NCBI GenBank assembly: GCA_031414955.1
Contig: JANOQV010000204.1
Location: 1 to 15,555, forward strand
Reading direction: 5' to 3'
Length of the DNA: 15,555 nucleotides
Source: Pedosphaera sp.
GTDB taxonomy: Bacteria; Verrucomicrobiota; Verrucomicrobiia; Limisphaerales; SIBH01
Each line of letters starts with the position of its first letter. The first letter of the stretch is position 1. Position numbers and translations under genes: made by a program. This document shows, piece after piece, positions 14,547 to 15,555 of this stretch. The notes under the pieces were generated by a model. That model saw only the letters and a program-made list of their open reading frames with translations. It had not been told where the DNA came from and did not search any database.

Positions 14547-15296
14547 TCAAGGATTCAGCAGTTTTTCCAGCCGCTCCCGGAGCAGGTCACGCGGATTCTT
14601 CGCGTGCTCCAGATCGATGAGTTCGATGAAGGCCGGCACCCCGGAAAAGGCCACCGCCGCCGAGATCAAATCATCCGCCGGGCGAAAGGAACTGAGACAA
14701 GACGTAATGGTCACCACCGGAAGGCCTTTCAGCTCCGCCGGCGTCTCGGTTTGCAAGTCATACCGCAAGTCGCCAAAGAGCGGGGCCAGGCCCGGCGTCA
14801 GGCGCAACACGCTTTGCAGAAGCAACGCGTTGACCACGAATTGCCGCAACAACTCCGGCCGGCCTGACTCCGTGCCGGCCAGGCCGGCCCGCACATTGGC
14901 CAAATTATAGTTCGAACGGTAATTGATCACCCAGCGCAGCGGCGCAGCGATCGTCACCTTCCTTCCTTGAATCTCATGCGTGTATTCCCATGGCTGCACC
15001 TCCAAGGCGGAACCGGCCAGCGCCAGCCAGCTCGGCTCGAAGGCCGAGGAAAGATTGTAGGGCTTGCCCGTAAAGGGCGCATACTTCTCCTGGATTTCCG
15101 CCAGCACGCGCTCCGCCCCCGCCACTTCGATCTTGCCCCCGGCCAGTTTGCCCAAGATCCGTTCGGGCGTGTAAATGGGGCGCAAGGTTTCCAAATGCGC
15201 GACCAACTGCTGCCGCAGTACCTCGGAAATACGCTCGGTCTTTCGCCGCAAGTCGGGGAGATCTTGGAGCGTCACATTGCCTTCGTTTGCCTTCAT
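14547..15296 (-). CDS. Hypothetical cytoplasmic protein
   Basis: Open frame of 249 aa from ATG 15296 (256 aa from 15317) with globular composition and no TM segment or signal peptide. No family assigned with confidence. Confidence 0.7.
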   Translation of the reverse strand: MKANEGNVTLQDLPDLRRKTERISEVLRQQLVAHLETLRPIYTPERILGKLAGGKIEVAGAERVLAEIQEKYAPFTGKPYNLSSAFEPSWLALAGSALEVQPWEYTHEIQGRKVTIAAPLRWVINYRSNYNLANVRAGLAGTESGRPELLRQFVVNALLLQSVLRLTPGLAPLFGDLRYDLQTETPAELKGLPVVTITSCLSSFRPADDLISAAVAFSGVPAFIELIDLEHAKNPRDLLRERLEKLLNP

Positions 15297-15306
15297 GAGT
15301 TTTGAT

Positions 15307-15555
15307 CTAACAAGCATGCGCCCCGCCGGAAAGCACCATCACGCGCGACTTGGGCGGCAGCGCGAGAGTCTTGCCCACGATGCCCGTCGCGGTCGCGATG
15401 ATGGAGCGCGGGTTCGAGCCGGAGCTGCGCTGTTCGATGGCGATGGAAGGCGACAGCCCCTCGATGAAATCCACGTCCGGCTTCTGGAGCTGGTCGAGGA
15501 ACTGCCGCGCGTAAGCCGAGAGCGACTCCACGTATTTGCGCTGCCCCTCGGCGTA
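15307..15555 (-). pseudogene. uvrA: Truncated, internally deleted uvrA fragment (5' part outside the window)
   Basis: [42 protein letters not shown]...NPRS is the UvrA N-terminus. It lacks the following EIYDYLR/zinc-finger segment and stops at 15307. Confidence 0.85.

Overview
High-GC bacterial window whose protein families and repeat types suggest Verrucomicrobia (inferred). Housekeeping core: tRNA-Thr(TGT)-dapA-[hicB-hicA]-dapB-folK on the minus strand, an RsmB-family methyltransferase, and a tlyA-nadK-LacI-GspG-like cluster. The main highlight is an apparently complete IS110-family element (about 1269-2491). Its upstream non-coding end can be read by eye as a bridge RNA: two of the four guide segments match the element's own end and flank exactly over 7 nt, a CT core lies at both junctions, and the programmed target (CCCT-CT-CCCCG) is a palindromic repeat. 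One flank does not fit that target, which suggests a rearrangement. Other accessory features are a stand-alone RyR-domain gene coupled to a tandem SLATT-like membrane protein (candidate defence module), a 159-bp MITE/REPIN-like element, REP-like palindrome clusters, 7-nt repeats (some inside coding sequence), an orphan DUF4266 lipoprotein and several gene remnants (uvrA, a pilin/C-terminal-domain chimera). All calls come from manual reading; no searches were run.
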